A stretch of 64,000 nucleotides of DNA from Toensbergia leucococca (Eukaryota), in the NCBI GenBank assembly GCA_022813965.1, contig JALDZS010000002.1:248001-312000 (forward strand), written 5' to 3'. Numbering within the stretch: position 1 is the stretch's first letter; the number at the start of each line of letters is the position of its first letter. The notes beneath the pieces were generated by a model. It was not told where the DNA came from. It saw only the letters and a program-made list of their open reading frames with translations, and searched no databases. Shown here one piece after another: positions 61,942-64,000 of this stretch. The translations under genes were made by a program, and so were the position numbers.

Positions 61942-64000
61942 TATTCTAGCCTTCAACTCCTGAAAGAACACCTGCAGGTCAGGATCAATTCCTTATGTGA
62001 TGAATGCTGAAATACTGCATCTTGACAAACGCCTCAGGGCTAACACATAACACTCATTATCAGAAGACGGAATAATTAATCAATTTCTTCTCAGAAGCCT
62101 TATGACGTCGTTCTGATCCGATCAATAACACTGAAACTCTCTGCTATTATCACTGCCATATTTAGCCGGCTTACTGAGGTTTTTTAGACTACAAGTATTC
62201 ACAGAAACTTGACAATGTGATTGTTATTGAACTTGTCTGACCATTGCAAAGGAAAGTAACGCACCTTCAAGCAAAGCCTAAACCATTTACAACCGCTTGC
62301 GCGTCAGCTCCGAATTAGTCTCTAAGCAAAATGCACAGGCAAAATCAGGCAAAATCAGGCAAAAAGCAGGCAAGTTCAGGTAACCGGCTCAAACATTTTA
62401 TATTAGCACTTCAGCTTATCTGAGCTTTAGCATCCCTAGCCGGGTGAAAGAACTTTTGATGATCATTCAATGAACCTCGGATCCTTCACTAGCAACAGCA
62501 TTCATGGTGTTATCATGCCTCCTCATCAACTAAAGTGTCAGCATACATATCTTACCTACCAAGTATCATTAATCTGAAGGTCTCAGCGTCAAGTCTCTTC
62601 ATTCAAGCCAGCATGTTTGACTCTTTCAGATTGTCTGCTGCCTTCGTCAATATCGCAAGTAATGTTTCACCAACGCCCGTTGATTGATTGCGTATTTACC
62701 CATCTCAGCAATACAAACGATGTGCTGAAAATTGGTTCGTGCTAGGACATAGATTGAATGGAAATTGGATAGAGATAGAAATTGCTCAAAATAACAGGCA
62801 TTTGATCCTCATCTACTACTAAGCTGTGGAAAAAATAGCTCAATGGGCATAATGCTTTACGAAAGCCAGGCCTTAAGTTGCTCCTACCAATTGGTTCTTG
62901 ATTTTTTCAAAGGCCTTAGTCATGCACGTTGAACGAGGCTGAAGTTGGCTGCGTCTGAGTTGGCAGATGCTACAAGCAGCTAGAAGCCATAAACGGTAAG
63001 CTTGCCCTCGATGCTGTAATTGACTAGGTAAACAAGGTACCAGCAAATCTCTAGATCGTATAACTTCTCGACATTGTTACCGGTGATAAGTCCAATGATT
63101 TTTGCCGGCCGCTGTCTGTGCTGCGGGTTACGAGCAATGAGGTATGGATCAGATGATTGGCCAGCTCGAACGGCCAAACTTTATCACAGAAGGTGTTCAT
63201 TCAACCGAGGGAACAGCTGTCACACTTTTAAATTTCGGATTGTTTTGCCCGGGCCGAAAAAGTCTGTCCTGACCACCATTCAATTCTGTTGCCTCACTTT
63301 TCTATGAGCATCGTAGCAGTATTTTGGCGTTTTGATTTACAAGGCCCGGCACTCGCTTATCTGCTTCACTCATCTTCCTAAGACGAAGAAGAATGCTTGC
63401 ACGAAGCGTCGGTTCAAGGTCACCGTTTTCTTAGCCCAGCTCACGGATTCGCGAGACATCCATAGTCCACATTTAATCCAAACCCAATTTTACTTTCTGC
63501 GAAATATCTTCCATTCTTCCACTCTTAGAGTAAGGCAACAACGAAGTTTTTCGGACCGTTTGCATGTAAGCTCGTCTTTCGATACATGTGAGGCCAGATG
63601 TCCCAAATCTTTTTTTTGGAGAGCCGCTAAGAACAAAACAGGGTAGTTCTCAGTTTCCTCTTGTGCAACGTGAAAACTCTGCTAGCTGCATATTCTTTGA
63701 TCCATCCTTCAAACATTCCCCAAAGCCACGTGGTATTGAAATGCTTAAGATCTACGGCGCTTCACATGCGATTGGTGAATACCTGCTGTGTATTTCAGAG
63801 CTCGGACCCTAAGATTGATTGACCTGTACAATGGAGATAGGGGACAAGGTAGGAGTGTAAGAGACTCAGCCGCAGACTCCTACTTGTGTTCCGACCGGAA
63901 TACATGGATTAGGTTCTACGACGGTCACATCTGTCACTGGCTGGAGATTCCCACTGGGTAAAGCAGTTTACTCGCATGTATCGCTAGTGGAAGCCTCGAT

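Noticed and set aside
61883..61950. Helitron 3' end as a firm call
   Set aside because: CTAG is only 4 nt after the hairpin and is followed by C rather than T; no 5' TC end or RepHel sequence was identified
61950..64000. Possible degenerate transposase or gene relic after the hairpin
   Set aside because: Partial manual translation showed no DDE, RT, Rep/helicase or recombinase motif; a BLASTx would be needed

Overview
Intron-containing, gene-dense genomic DNA from a filamentous ascomycete (Pezizomycotina; a lichen-forming lineage is only a guess). About 18 intact genes are supported. Housekeeping genes: VMA13, DIS3/RRP44, a long coiled-coil protein, an HbxA-type homeodomain factor, a GPP1-like HAD phosphatase, NUG1, DPB4, MED16, HST4, RPB12/RPC10, MED19, a bHLH factor, a small conserved protein and a DAO-family flavoprotein. 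Accessory material lies between them. (i) A compact secondary-metabolite locus: an orsellinic-acid-type non-reducing PKS (SAT-KS-AT-PT-ACP-TE, about 2106 aa, 9 exons) transcribed divergently from an amidohydrolase-family aromatic-acid decarboxylase with a mitochondrial-like presequence, next to a decayed SDR. (ii) A secreted 6-Cys RNase T1/ribotoxin-fold protein that appears to have lost all four catalytic residues (RALPH-effector-like), next to two tandem His-rich micro-ORFs. (iii) An atypical kinase-like gene, a probable pseudogene and a perfect 24-bp hairpin. A recurring window-wide signal is about 10 islands where the + strand flips abruptly from C/A-rich to G/T-rich regardless of gene orientation. 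All calls come from motif recognition by eye; no searches were run and exon boundaries are manual predictions.
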